A DNA stretch of 64,000 bases from a plasmid: sequence record NZ_CP011600.1; one strand, 5' to 3'. Below, in pieces: positions 8,226-17,559 of the stretch. The notes under the pieces were generated by a model that saw nothing but the letters and a program-made list of their open reading frames with translations, searched no databases and was not told the origin of the DNA. A program made the position numbers and the translations under genes. How positions within the stretch are numbered: the stretch's first letter is position 1; each line of letters begins with the position of its first letter.

Positions 8226-10631
8226 ATGAGCGAATGCGCTTCAAAGGGGTGTGGCTGCACGACTGAGCCGATCATCCAACCCACGGCACCGGCCCCGCTG
8301 GCAACCGGATCGGCTCAAGCGGTGTACCGCATCGAGAACATGGATTGCCCGACCGAAGAGGCGCTGATCCGAAGCAAACTGGCCGGTCTGGCGGGGGTGG
8401 CGGGTCTTGAATTCAACCTGATGCAACGTACCTTGGCCGTGCGACACGAATTGCCTTCGTTGTCTCCCGTCGAGCAGGCGCTGAAGGCCATCGGCATGCA
8501 AGCTGTGCGCATGGATCAGGCGTCGGCCGAGCAGACGACCAAGCTGTCCATTGCCAAGATGGATTGCCCGACCGAAGAGACGTTGATCCGCAACAAGCTC
8601 GGCACCGTGGCCGGTGTTGCTGATCTCGATTTCAACCTGATGCAGCGCACGCTGTCGGTACGCCATGCGAACCAGGTTCTGCCAGACGTGCTCGTGGCAC
8701 TGCAAGCGCTTGGATTCGAGGCGCAGGTCGTGGACACGGCAGAGGTCGCATCTCCATCCGCCGCCCCTGTGACCACGCCGACCAACTGGTGGCCGCTGGG
8801 CATCTCCTTGGTCACTGCATCGGCGGCCGAGGCGGTCTACTGGCTCCACAACGGCAATCACTGGTCGGTTGTCGTTCTGGCGCTTGTCGCGGTCTTCACG
8901 GGTGGCCTCTCCACCTACAAGAAGGGGTGGATCGCGCTCAAGAACCGTAATCTCAACATGAACGCCCTCATGTCGATTGCGGTCACGGGTGCCATGTTGA
9001 TCGGCCACTGGCCCGAAGCGGCAATGGTGATGGTACTGTTCGCGCTGGCCGAGGTAATCGAAGCCAAATCGCTGGATCGCGCTCGTAACGCTATCCGTGG
9101 CCTGCTCGACCTGACCCCGGAACAGGCCACGGTACAGCAGGCTGACGGCACATGGCGCGAGGTGGGCGCCAAGCAAATCACCATCGGCGCCCGCGTCCGG
9201 GTCAAACCAGGTGAGCGCATCGCCCTTGATGGTGAGGTGCTGGAAGGCCGCTCTGCCGTCAACCAAGCCCCGATCACGGGTGAAAGCCTCCCGGTCGAAA
9301 AATCCCCCGGTGATTCGGTGTTCGCTGGCACGATCAACGAATCCGGCTCGTTCGAGTACCGCGTCACCGCCTTGGCCAACAACTCCACTTTGGCCCGGAT
9401 CATTCACGCGGTAGAGGCTGCGCAAGGTAGTCGTGCGCCGACTCAGCGTTTTGTCGATCAGTTCGCCCGCTGGTACACCCCCGTTGTATTCGGCGTTGCC
9501 ATCGCCGTCGCGTTGTTGCCGCCGCTGTTCATGGGTGCGGCATGGCTCGACTGGATCTACCGTGCATTGGTTCTGCTGGTGGTCGCCTGCCCGTGCGCAC
9601 TGGTGATCTCTACACCGGTCAGCATCGTCAGCGGCCTGGCCGCCGCCGCCCGCCACGGCATTCTCATCAAAGGTGGCGTCTATCTGGAAGAAGGCCGCAA
9701 GCTGCGCTGGCTGGCTCTGGACAAGACCGGCACGATCACGCACGGCAAGCCCGCACAGACCGACTTTGTCACATGGGGCAATGCACTCGCCTCGGACAGC
9801 CGCAGCATCGCTGCCAGTCTGGCGGCCCGCTCGGACCATCCTGTATCCAAGGCGGTGGCACAGGCCGCGCAGACGGACGGGGTTGCCTTGCTCGACGTGG
9901 CCGAATTCAACGCGCTGCCCGGTCGGGGTGTGCAAGGCCAAATCAACGGTGCGACCTACCATCTGGGCAACCACCGGATGCTCGAAGAGCTGGGGCAGTG
10001 CACACCAGAGCTGGAGCAGCGCATCGCTGCGCTGGAAACCGCTGGCAAGACCGTCGTGATGCTGGTGGGCGCAAAAGGGGTACATGGCTTATTCGCCGTT
10101 GCGGACACCATCAAGGACAGCAGCAAGAGAGCCATCGCCGAGCTGCATGCTCTGGGCATCAACACCGTGATGTTGACCGGCGATAACCCCCACACGGCAC
10201 AGGCCATCGCCGCACAAGCCGGCATTGACCGCGCGCAAGGCAACCAACTGCCCGACGACAAACTGCGCGAAGTGGAGCAATTGTCCAGAAACGGCAAGGT
10301 TGGCATGGTCGGTGATGGCATCAACGACGCACCGGCCTTGGCGCGTGCGGACATTGGCTTTGCAATGGGAGCGGCGGGCACAGATACCGCTATTGAAACC
10401 GCCGACGTGGCCCTGATGGACGATGACCTGCGCAAGATTCCGACCTTCGTGCGCCTGTCGCGTGCGACAGCACAGGTGCTGATGCAAAACATTGTGCTGG
10501 CCCTTGGCATCAAGGCGGTATTTTTGGTGCTCACCTTCACGGGTCACGCGACCATGTGGATGGCTGTGTTCGCCGATATGGGTGCCAGCTTGCTTGTTGT
10601 CGGCAACGGCTTGAGGTTGTTGCGCCGATGA
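8226..10631 (+). CDS. pbrA: P1B-type heavy-metal (Pb/Zn/Cd) translocating ATPase
   Basis: 801 aa. Two N-terminal metal-binding domains with MDCPTEE variant motif. CPC at VVACPCALV. DKTGTIT phosphorylation site. GDGINDAP hinge. Confidence 0.85.
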   Translation: MSECASKGCGCTTEPIIQPTAPAPLATGSAQAVYRIENMDCPTEEALIRSKLAGLAGVAGLEFNLMQRTLAVRHELPSLSPVEQALKAIGMQAVRMDQASAEQTTKLSIAKMDCPTEETLIRNKLGTVAGVADLDFNLMQRTLSVRHANQVLPDVLVALQALGFEAQVVDTAEVASPSAAPVTTPTNWWPLGISLVTASAAEAVYWLHNGNHWSVVVLALVAVFTGGLSTYKKGWIALKNRNLNMNALMSIAVTGAMLIGHWPEAAMVMVLFALAEVIEAKSLDRARNAIRGLLDLTPEQATVQQADGTWREVGAKQITIGARVRVKPGERIALDGEVLEGRSAVNQAPITGESLPVEKSPGDSVFAGTINESGSFEYRVTALANNSTLARIIHAVEAAQGSRAPTQRFVDQFARWYTPVVFGVAIAVALLPPLFMGAAWLDWIYRALVLLVVACPCALVISTPVSIVSGLAAAARHGILIKGGVYLEEGRKLRWLALDKTGTITHGKPAQTDFVTWGNALASDSRSIAASLAARSDHPVSKAVAQAAQTDGVALLDVAEFNALPGRGVQGQINGATYHLGNHRMLEELGQCTPELEQRIAALETAGKTVVMLVGAKGVHGLFAVADTIKDSSKRAIAELHALGINTVMLTGDNPHTAQAIAAQAGIDRAQGNQLPDDKLREVEQLSRNGKVGMVGDGINDAPALARADIGFAMGAAGTDTAIETADVALMDDDLRKIPTFVRLSRATAQVLMQNIVLALGIKAVFLVLTFTGHATMWMAVFADMGASLLVVGNGLRLLRR

Positions 10632-11704
10632 GCTGGAAACTCTTTCTCTATGACTGGGGTGGCCTGAACATCGCGTTGTTTCAAGCCATCAACACAGGCA
10701 CGCCCGCCACGCTGAAACCACTGGCATGGTTCTTTGGCCTCGTGGGAAGTTACTGGACAGCGCCGCTGATGCTGTTGGGTCTGTGGTGGTGGTCGAAATC
10801 GGCTACAAACCCGGCGCGTGGTACGGCCGTTCGGCATCGCCTTATTGGTTTTAGCGCGGCCTTCTTGCTGGCGTTATTGGTCGCCACCGCCTTGAAGCTA
10901 TGGTTCGACTTTCCACGCCCGCCTGCCGTCCTTGGCGACCTGGCGCGCGTCATCGGGGACAAAGAGCTTCACTACAGCCTGCCCAGCGGGCATGCCACCT
11001 ATGCCGCGATGGTGGTCGGCGCGCTCTGGCCTTTGATGGGCCGCCGTGGTCGTCTCAGTTTAATGCTGTACGCCACATTGGTCGGCTGGTCGCGCATCGC
11101 GGCCGGAATGCACTTTCCGGCCGATGTGTTGGCGGGGTGGACGCTGGGATGGAGCTGCACGGCACTCGCCGGGTGGTTGCTGCCGTTGGCCGCCCCTGTG
11201 TGGCAATCGGCCCGCCGCACATCGGCTTGGGTCTGGTTCACCGTGGCCGCCAGTGCTGTCATGACCGATCAGCTCACGAAGTTCGCCATCATCCGCACGT
11301 TTGCCTACGGTGAGCAAGTCGAAATCACCCCGTTTTTCAACCTCGTTCATGTCCTGAATCCGGGTGCGGCATTCAGCTTTTTGGCGAACGCTGGTGGCTG
11401 GCAACGTTACTTTTTCATCACGCTGGGTCTGGCTGTTTCTGCTTGGCTGGGGCGCATGCTGTGCCAGCAACGGCCACGTCTCGAAGCGATGGGCTACAGC
11501 CTGATCCTCGGCGGTGCGCTGGGCAATGTCGCGGATCGTGTGCTGCGTGGACAGGTTGTTGATTTCCTTGACTTCCATTGGCGACTTGCGCACTGGCCCG
11601 CCTTCAACCTCGCTGATGTGGCGATAACTATCGGAGCGCTCTGCCTGTTCTTGACGGTTGTACCGAAAAGCAGTAAAGGCACAGAGGCCGAGGTGTCCGG
11701 TTAA
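10628..11704 (+). CDS. pbrBC: PbrB/PbrC fusion: PAP2 undecaprenyl-pyrophosphate phosphatase fused to lipoprotein signal peptidase II
   Basis: ATGA overlap with pbrA stop. PAP2 motifs KLWFDFPRP, PSGH, SRIAAGMHFPADV. C-terminal half has LspA motifs (NPGAAFSF, GNVADR, FNLADV). Confidence 0.8.
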   Translation: MSWKLFLYDWGGLNIALFQAINTGTPATLKPLAWFFGLVGSYWTAPLMLLGLWWWSKSATNPARGTAVRHRLIGFSAAFLLALLVATALKLWFDFPRPPAVLGDLARVIGDKELHYSLPSGHATYAAMVVGALWPLMGRRGRLSLMLYATLVGWSRIAAGMHFPADVLAGWTLGWSCTALAGWLLPLAAPVWQSARRTSAWVWFTVAASAVMTDQLTKFAIIRTFAYGEQVEITPFFNLVHVLNPGAAFSFLANAGGWQRYFFITLGLAVSAWLGRMLCQQRPRLEAMGYSLILGGALGNVADRVLRGQVVDFLDFHWRLAHWPAFNLADVAITIGALCLFLTVVPKSSKGTEAEVSG

Positions 11705-11833
11705 GCTATACCCTAACCTGATGTCAGATGTTGAGCACAAACAACGTCAGAGTAGGGTATTAATTTATATTTATTGACACATTCAGCCAAGGGTAATAGA
11801 TTTCATCCTGACATTTTTACCTTTGGAGGCATC
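11705..11833. promoter_or_regulatory. res (resolution) region upstream of tnpR
   Basis: Non-coding AT-rich segment with TGTCAGA-containing repeats immediately 5' of a Tn21-type resolvase gene. Subsite boundaries not resolved. Confidence 0.45.
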
Positions 11834-12391
11834 TTGCAAGGTCAACGTATCGGCTACGTTCGCGTCAGCAGCTTCGACCAGAATCCTGATCGACAACTGG
11901 AACAAATAGAAGTCGGCAAGGTATTCACCGATAAGGCTTCAGGCAAGGACACACAACGTCCCGAACTTGAAAGGCTGCTGGCCTTCGTCCGCGAGGGCGA
12001 CACCGTGGTGGTGCATAGCATGGACAGGTTGGCACGCAACCTTGATGACCTGCGCCGCATCGTCCAAGGGCTGACACAACGGGGCGTGCGCATGGAGTTC
12101 GTCAAAGAAGGGCTAACGTTCACCGGCGAGGACTCACCGATGGCCAATCTGATGCTGTCGGTCATGGGAGCCTTTGCTGAGTTCGAGCGCGCTCTGATCC
12201 GCGAACGTCAGCGCGAGGGAATCGTGCTGGCTAAGCAGCGCGGGGCCTACCGGGGACGAAAGAAATCGCTGAACAGCGAACAAATTGCCGAGTTGAAACG
12301 GCGAGTTGCGGCAGGCGACCAGAAAACCTTGGTGGCCCGTGACTTCGGCATCAGCCGCGAAACCTTGTACCAGTACCTGCGGGAAGACTGA
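11834..12391 (+). CDS. tnpR: Tn21-family serine resolvase TnpR (TTG start, 185 aa)
   Basis: LQGQRIGYVRVSSFDQNPDRQLE... almost colinear with Tn21 TnpR. RBS GGAGG 5 nt upstream of TTG. Table ORF starts at an upstream TTG. Confidence 0.85.
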   Translation: MQGQRIGYVRVSSFDQNPDRQLEQIEVGKVFTDKASGKDTQRPELERLLAFVREGDTVVVHSMDRLARNLDDLRRIVQGLTQRGVRMEFVKEGLTFTGEDSPMANLMLSVMGAFAEFERALIRERQREGIVLAKQRGAYRGRKKSLNSEQIAELKRRVAAGDQKTLVARDFGISRETLYQYLRED

Positions 12392-12393
12392 CC

Positions 12394-12412
12394 ATGCCAC
12401 GCCGCTCAATCC
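12394..12412 (+). pseudogene. tnpA: First 19 bp of a Tn21-type tnpA (ATGCCACGCCGCTCAATCC = MPRRSI...) truncated by IS26
   Basis: Same N-terminus as the intact tnpA at 38391 ([12 protein letters not shown]). Interrupted precisely at the IS26 IR. Confidence 0.7.
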
Positions 12413-13232
12413 GGCACTGTTGCAAATAGTCGGTGGTGATAAACTTATCATCCCCTTTTGCTGATGGAGCTGCACATGAACCCATTCAAAGGCCGGCATT
12501 TTCAGCGTGACATCATTCTGTGGGCCGTACGCTGGTACTGCAAATACGGCATCAGTTACCGTGAGCTGCAGGAGATGCTGGCTGAACGCGGAGTGAATGT
12601 CGATCACTCCACGATTTACCGCTGGGTTCAGCGTTATGCGCCTGAAATGGAAAAACGGCTGCGCTGGTACTGGCGTAACCCTTCCGATCTTTGCCCGTGG
12701 CACATGGATGAAACCTACGTGAAGGTCAATGGCCGCTGGGCGTATCTGTACCGGGCCGTCGACAGCCGGGGCCGCACTGTCGATTTTTATCTCTCCTCCC
12801 GTCGTAACAGCAAAGCTGCATACCGGTTTCTGGGTAAAATCCTCAACAACGTGAAGAAGTGGCAGATCCCGCGATTCATCAACACGGATAAAGCGCCCGC
12901 CTATGGTCGCGCGCTTGCTCTGCTCAAACGCGAAGGCCGGTGCCCGTCTGACGTTGAACACCGACAGATTAAGTACCGGAACAACGTGATTGAATGCGAT
13001 CATGGCAAACTGAAACGGATAATCGGCGCCACGCTGGGATTTAAATCCATGAAGACGGCTTACGCCACCATCAAAGGTATTGAGGTGATGCGTGCACTAC
13101 GCAAAGGCCAGGCCTCAGCATTTTATTATGGTGATCCCCTGGGCGAAATGCGCCTGGTAAGCAGAGTTTTTGAAATGTAAGGCCTTTGAATAAGACAAAA
13201 GGCTGCCTCATCGCTCACTTTGCAACAGTGCC
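12413..13232 (+). mobile_element. IS26 (IS6 family), 820 bp, copy 1
   Basis: 14-bp IRs GGCACTGTTGCAAA at 12413-12426 and the inverted copy at 13219-13232. No 8-bp target duplication. Confidence 0.95.
12476..13180 (+). CDS. tnp26: IS26 transposase Tnp26 (234 aa)
   Basis: MNPFKGRHFQRDIILWAVRWYCKYGISYRELQEM... DDE transposase of IS6 family. Confidence 0.95.
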   Translation: MNPFKGRHFQRDIILWAVRWYCKYGISYRELQEMLAERGVNVDHSTIYRWVQRYAPEMEKRLRWYWRNPSDLCPWHMDETYVKVNGRWAYLYRAVDSRGRTVDFYLSSRRNSKAAYRFLGKILNNVKKWQIPRFINTDKAPAYGRALALLKREGRCPSDVEHRQIKYRNNVIECDHGKLKRIIGATLGFKSMKTAYATIKGIEVMRALRKGQASAFYYGDPLGEMRLVSRVFEM

Positions 13233-13960
13233 TCTAAATTTAACGCATCAAGCGCGACAGGCTTCCCGATGAAATACCCTTGCGCCTCGTCACAGTGATA
13301 ATGTTTAAGCCTTTTCAACTGCTCCGCCGTTTCCACGCCTTCAGCGGTGACAGCCAGCGAATAGGCTTTGCCAAGGCCGATAATATTCTCAACGATGATT
13401 TTGGCGTTTTCCGATTCCTCCATGGCGAACACAAAAGATTTATCCAGCTTTATTCCGTCGAACGGGAAGCGTTTCAGATAGCTTAATGCCGAGTAGCCGG
13501 TTCCAAAGTCATCAATCAAAAAGCGTACGCCGATATCCTTCAGCTGCTTCATGGTTTCCAGCGTGATATCCGGATTGGAAATCGTCACGTTTTCGGTAAT
13601 TTCTAACTCCAGCCGGGACGGTTTAAGCCCCGATTTTTGCAGCGCAGCCTTTACCCGTTTCGCCAGGCCACGGGTATTAAACTCCACCGCCGAAATATTG
13701 ACCGAAATAACCAAATCGGGCGAGAGATGCACCATATCTTTACAGGCTTTCTCCAGCACCACATCACTCATGGCAACGATCAGGCCCGTCTCTTCCGCAA
13801 GCGGGATGAACTGATCCGGCATCAGTAAACCGAGACGCGGATGCTGCCAGCGAACCAGTGCTTCGACAGCAGCGATACGCGAGGTTTTAATGTCGTAACG
13901 GGGCTGATAAACCAGCTGAAACTGGTCTGTGCATAACGCTTCACGAAACTCTTTTTCCAT
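13208..13960 (-). CDS. EAL-domain c-di-GMP phosphodiesterase (stand-alone EAL, 250 aa) whose last codons and stop are supplied by the IS26 end
   Basis: EAL signature motifs present (EALVRW, ELEITE, DDFGTGYS). ORF runs 25 bp into the IS26 IR (13208-13232), so the native 3' end is lost. Confidence 0.75.
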   Translation of the reverse strand: MEKEFREALCTDQFQLVYQPRYDIKTSRIAAVEALVRWQHPRLGLLMPDQFIPLAEETGLIVAMSDVVLEKACKDMVHLSPDLVISVNISAVEFNTRGLAKRVKAALQKSGLKPSRLELEITENVTISNPDITLETMKQLKDIGVRFLIDDFGTGYSALSYLKRFPFDGIKLDKSFVFAMEESENAKIIVENIIGLGKAYSLAVTAEGVETAEQLKRLKHYHCDEAQGYFIGKPVALDALNLEALLQSER

Positions 13961-13977
13961 TTCCCGGCGCTGAATTA

Positions 13978-14374
13978 GGTAATGACTCTAACTTACTGAT
14001 AGTGTTTTATGTTCAGATAATGCCCGATGACTTTGTCATGCAGCTCCACCGATTTTGAGAACGACAGTGACTTCCTGCCCAGCCTTGCCAGATGCTGCCT
14101 CAGATTCAGGTTATGCCGCTCAATGCGCTGCGTATATCGCTTGCTGATAACGTGCAGTTCTCCCTTCAGGCGTGATTCATAAAGCGGCCAGCCATCCGTC
14201 ATCCATACCACGACCTCAAAGGCCGACAGCAGGCCCAGAAGACGCTCCAGCGTGGCCAACGTGCGTTCCACGCCTTCAGTAGCTGAGCAGGAGGGACAAC
14301 TGATGGAGATGGAAGCCACGGGAGCACCTCAAAAACACCATCGTACACTAAATCAGTAAGTTGGCACCATTACC
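13978..14374 (-). mobile_element. IS1 derivative with 372-bp in-frame internal deletion (397 bp; both IRs retained)
   Basis: Ends GGTAATGACTCTAACTTACTGAT...ATCAGTAAGTTGGCACCATTACC. ORF 13993-14319 fuses the first 17 aa of InsA to the last 91 aa of InsB. Deletion junction at CAC microhomology relative to the full IS1 at 21850. Confidence 0.85.
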
Positions 14375-14946
14375 GGTTTCCCGAAGCTTTTCTTTATATA
14401 TAATATCATTGAAGTTATTTCTATTTCCCAGAAAATTTCTCAGGCTGTGACTGCAATGGCCGCAATACATTGCACATATCGCCGCTGTGCAGTGGGGGCT
14501 GATTTTTCTGATTTATGTCAAAATTTGGTTCGCCAAATGCCTTTTATGTTAAATCCACGATTTCTATATAACAAATAGCGATTAGCGCTGTTTTCTCGCT
14601 TCAAGGCGTCATTTGTATACGTGATATCAGGTCAAACTGGCCGATACCGCATGGTTAATTTTTTGTTAAGAACCTCGGAGGTTTTAACAAATTTAACATC
14701 TTTCCATTTCCCCCGCCTTTCCCTACGAACCGTCGATAATATCACCTTCTATTTTTATATAATTATATAATAATATGACTTCGGTCACGGTGTGGATTGC
14801 CGCCAAACCCTACAATTGTATTGTGCAATACAATTCTTATGGAAATAGTGTTATGTCCGATATCAAACCCGCAATTAGGGGTAATGGGAGCGAAGCTACA
14901 ATATGACGACATTTGTCTCGGATGGCGCACCGACAGCAAACCATGC

Positions 14947-15381
14947 TCAGCTTAACGCCTCAAATATCATGTCCATCGAAAACCCCTTGTACTGGAGGTA
15001 GCGGATCTGTTTGTTTTTTTCTTTGGCTTCTGATGCCACCGCATCACCAAATTTACTGACTTTCAGTTCCCTTGCCATGGCATACCAGTCCACATCCACT
15101 TTCTCCAGCATCTGCTCGACCAACTCCGGAGAAAAACCTTTTTGCCTGATCTCCTGTTTGATTCTGGCCGGGCCATGTTTTTTTCGAACATGTTTATCAA
15201 TCATGTGCGTTATCAGTCGGTTATCATCCAGATAACCACACTCAACCAGCCTCGACAACGCCTTGTCGATCTTTTCTCTGTTTTCCGTCATCTTACTCAG
15301 TGTCCGGGCCAACTCACCGGATGCGTAATCCCGCCTTGCCAGTAGTGACACCGCGTGGTCATACAGTTCCTGTGATGTCAT
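14947..15381 (-). CDS. recX: RecX-like regulatory protein (RecA filament inhibitor), 144 aa
   Basis: Pattern GYLDDNRL...KHGPARIKQEIRQKGF...VDWYAMARE...KFG...KQIRYLQYKGFSMDMI matches RecX repeats by eye. Start overlaps the stop of the upstream ORF (ATGA). Confidence 0.55.
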   Translation of the reverse strand: MTSQELYDHAVSLLARRDYASGELARTLSKMTENREKIDKALSRLVECGYLDDNRLITHMIDKHVRKKHGPARIKQEIRQKGFSPELVEQMLEKVDVDWYAMARELKVSKFGDAVASEAKEKNKQIRYLQYKGFSMDMIFEALS

Positions 15382-16772
15382 GAGGCATCTCCGTTATAAC
15401 GGATACCGTCCTTTCCTACTGATAATCCTTTGATTTTATTTGCCATCAACGGCCAGAGTGCGGTTTTACGTTTATGTTGTTCGTAGAGCGTTCTGAGGTA
15501 GTCCTCTGTTTCCGGAAGCTGAGGGCAATCTTCCAGACCTTCGCCGTAATCGATGGCTTTTTTCATGTCTGAGGCGGCATGGCTGTAATACTTGCTTTTT
15601 GATTGCTGAATGTTGTCCTCCACCAAAAAGCGACGCAACAGGGTCGCCGTATGCGCATAGCCGTGTTTATACAGGGTGCTGGATAATGTCCGTAAAAATG
15701 AATGGGTGATATAAGCCAGCGAGTCGGTGAGGTTGTTTTTTGGCATGGCCATAATACAGGCGTCGATTAAATCATACCGTTCGATGTCTGACGCAAAGCA
15801 GACATACGGCGCTAACCCTGTATCTTTTGCTATTTTCAGGAATGCAGGGCTGTGATCGACATCTTTTTCAGCGGCTTTTGTGTACAGATGATAAAAACGT
15901 GTATCGCATTGAAAAGTGAATGCTGTAATACAGTGGGCTTTCGCTTCCTCTTTTCTCCCTTCTTCAATCAGGGCCTGAATGAAGAGTTCATTCCATATTA
16001 TGTTATCTGTGATCTCCTCATCGTCAATCCGCTGGCTGTTTAATACAGCGAGTGCATCGTCGGACCGCAGGTCTTCCATAAGTAATCTGACATAATCAAA
16101 ATAATGGGTGGAATGGCAAAATTCATCGTTTTTAAACGCCATCGTCAGAAAATCAAGGTCTTTTATTATCATGCTGAGACCAAGAGCTTCCCGGAGGGAT
16201 TGTTTTTGATAATACATATCACGGATTACACGTAAAATATCCGTGCCGAGTAATGTCCGGTATTTTTTAAATATCTCAATTCCAAAATAGAATTCTCTTT
16301 CAACAACGGTGAATATTTTTTTAGCAATGGATACTGGATCGTTGTTTTTTTGTGCTTCCAGTGATTTCATCCACGCATCCAACAGAATGGTATAGTAGCT
16401 CATCCAGCTTCCGCTGGAAGTGTCCACGTTCCCGGTGAATTTTTCGAACTCAAGCATCATTTTTACGCTCAGACTTTCCGCTTGCTCGGGGAGCTCGTGG
16501 GCGATACCCACAAGGGGGTTCGCTATACTGCGTGTCAGCTCGTCAAAAAAGGCATCGGCATCATAGTAATCATAAAAACGTTTGCTTTTGGCTCGTCTGG
16601 CATACTCCTTCTCGACGGCTTTAAGTACCTCTGCTGCCGATAGCAGATACCCATTCACCAGTGTGGTCCTGGCCTGCTTATTATCCTGTATCAGGTCATA
16701 AATAATATTGACCAGCACGTCATGACTCATCTCTGAAAGCTGTGCGGTTTGTTTTTTTGTTAACGGTGCCAT
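15378..16772 (-). CDS. Hypothetical protein, 464 aa, mostly alpha-helical by composition, no recognisable motif
   Basis: Long ORF. Preferred start at second Met (AGGAGG 6 nt upstream; table ORF starts 11 codons earlier at 16805). Translationally coupled to recX-like gene. Confidence 0.6.
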   Translation of the reverse strand: MAPLTKKQTAQLSEMSHDVLVNIIYDLIQDNKQARTTLVNGYLLSAAEVLKAVEKEYARRAKSKRFYDYYDADAFFDELTRSIANPLVGIAHELPEQAESLSVKMMLEFEKFTGNVDTSSGSWMSYYTILLDAWMKSLEAQKNNDPVSIAKKIFTVVEREFYFGIEIFKKYRTLLGTDILRVIRDMYYQKQSLREALGLSMIIKDLDFLTMAFKNDEFCHSTHYFDYVRLLMEDLRSDDALAVLNSQRIDDEEITDNIIWNELFIQALIEEGRKEEAKAHCITAFTFQCDTRFYHLYTKAAEKDVDHSPAFLKIAKDTGLAPYVCFASDIERYDLIDACIMAMPKNNLTDSLAYITHSFLRTLSSTLYKHGYAHTATLLRRFLVEDNIQQSKSKYYSHAASDMKKAIDYGEGLEDCPQLPETEDYLRTLYEQHKRKTALWPLMANKIKGLSVGKDGIRYNGDAS

Positions 16773-16848
16773 GAAGCTCCTCCTGAGACTGGCTGTATGA
16801 AACATCTGGGCCTGTTATTTGCCCCTTCAGGCTATAAAATCATCCGGA

Positions 16849-17433
16849 TTAACAGGATGAACTTGCCGCCTTTATTCTGTGAATAGTTTGCCGCGTCGTA
16901 CTGAACTGACGGGCAATAGCACTGATGCTGTCTCCGGCTTTCAGACGGATGATCACCGCCTGCCGTTGTTCTTCATTCAATGCAGGTGGACGCCCGAAGC
17001 GTTTTCCTGCTGCCTTTGCCCTGGCAATACCAGAATGAGTACGTTCAAGAAGCAAGTCACGTTCGAATTCGGCCACCGCCGAAATCACCTGCATGGTCAT
17101 TTTCCCCGCCGGGCTGGTAAGATCAACACCGCCCAGCGCCAGGCAGTGAACCCGAATGTCTGACTTTGCCAGCTGTTCCACGGTCTTTCGTACGTCCATC
17201 GCATTGCGTCCCAGACGGTCAAGTTTGGTGACAATCAGTACGTCGCCATTTTCCATACGGTCAAGTAGTCTGGCGAAACCGGGGCGTTCGCTGGCGGCCA
17301 CTGAACCGCTGATATGTTCTTCGACCAGTCGCTGAGGTCTGACGGCAAAACCGGCGGCTTCAATTTCCCGGCGCTGGTTTTCAGTGGTCTGTTCCAGGGT
17401 GGATACACGGCAGTAAGCAAAAACTCGTGACAT
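16849..17433 (-). CDS. Serine recombinase (resolvase/invertase family), 194 aa
   Basis: N-terminal catalytic motif [10 protein letters not shown]-terminal HTH ([18 protein letters not shown]). Confidence 0.85.
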   Translation of the reverse strand: MSRVFAYCRVSTLEQTTENQRREIEAAGFAVRPQRLVEEHISGSVAASERPGFARLLDRMENGDVLIVTKLDRLGRNAMDVRKTVEQLAKSDIRVHCLALGGVDLTSPAGKMTMQVISAVAEFERDLLLERTHSGIARAKAAGKRFGRPPALNEEQRQAVIIRLKAGDSISAIARQFSTTRQTIHRIKAASSSC

Positions 17434-17445
17434 GGCATAATTTTA

Positions 17446-17531
17446 TGTACGAAATGGATGTACGAATTATAACGCATGTACGAAACTAATTTCACTAAGT
17501 TTTGGACAGGTACTGTAAGCAGTGTACGAAA
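17446..17531. repeat. Four direct repeats (A/G)TGTACGAA(A/T) upstream of the serine recombinase gene (candidate res/operator subsites)
   Basis: Copies at about 17446, 17459, 17477 and 17523. All in the same orientation, 13-98 bp upstream of the start codon. Confidence 0.5.
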
Positions 17532-17559
17532 ACGCTCGCTTTCGGATATCAGCAAATGT

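Noticed and set aside
8241-10547. Long antisense and out-of-frame ORFs (614 aa, 194 aa, 214 aa and others) overlapping pbrA
   Set aside because: High-GC coding DNA produces long stop-free alternative frames. Arg/Gly/Ala/Pro-rich low-complexity translations. pbrA frame has all P1B-ATPase motifs.
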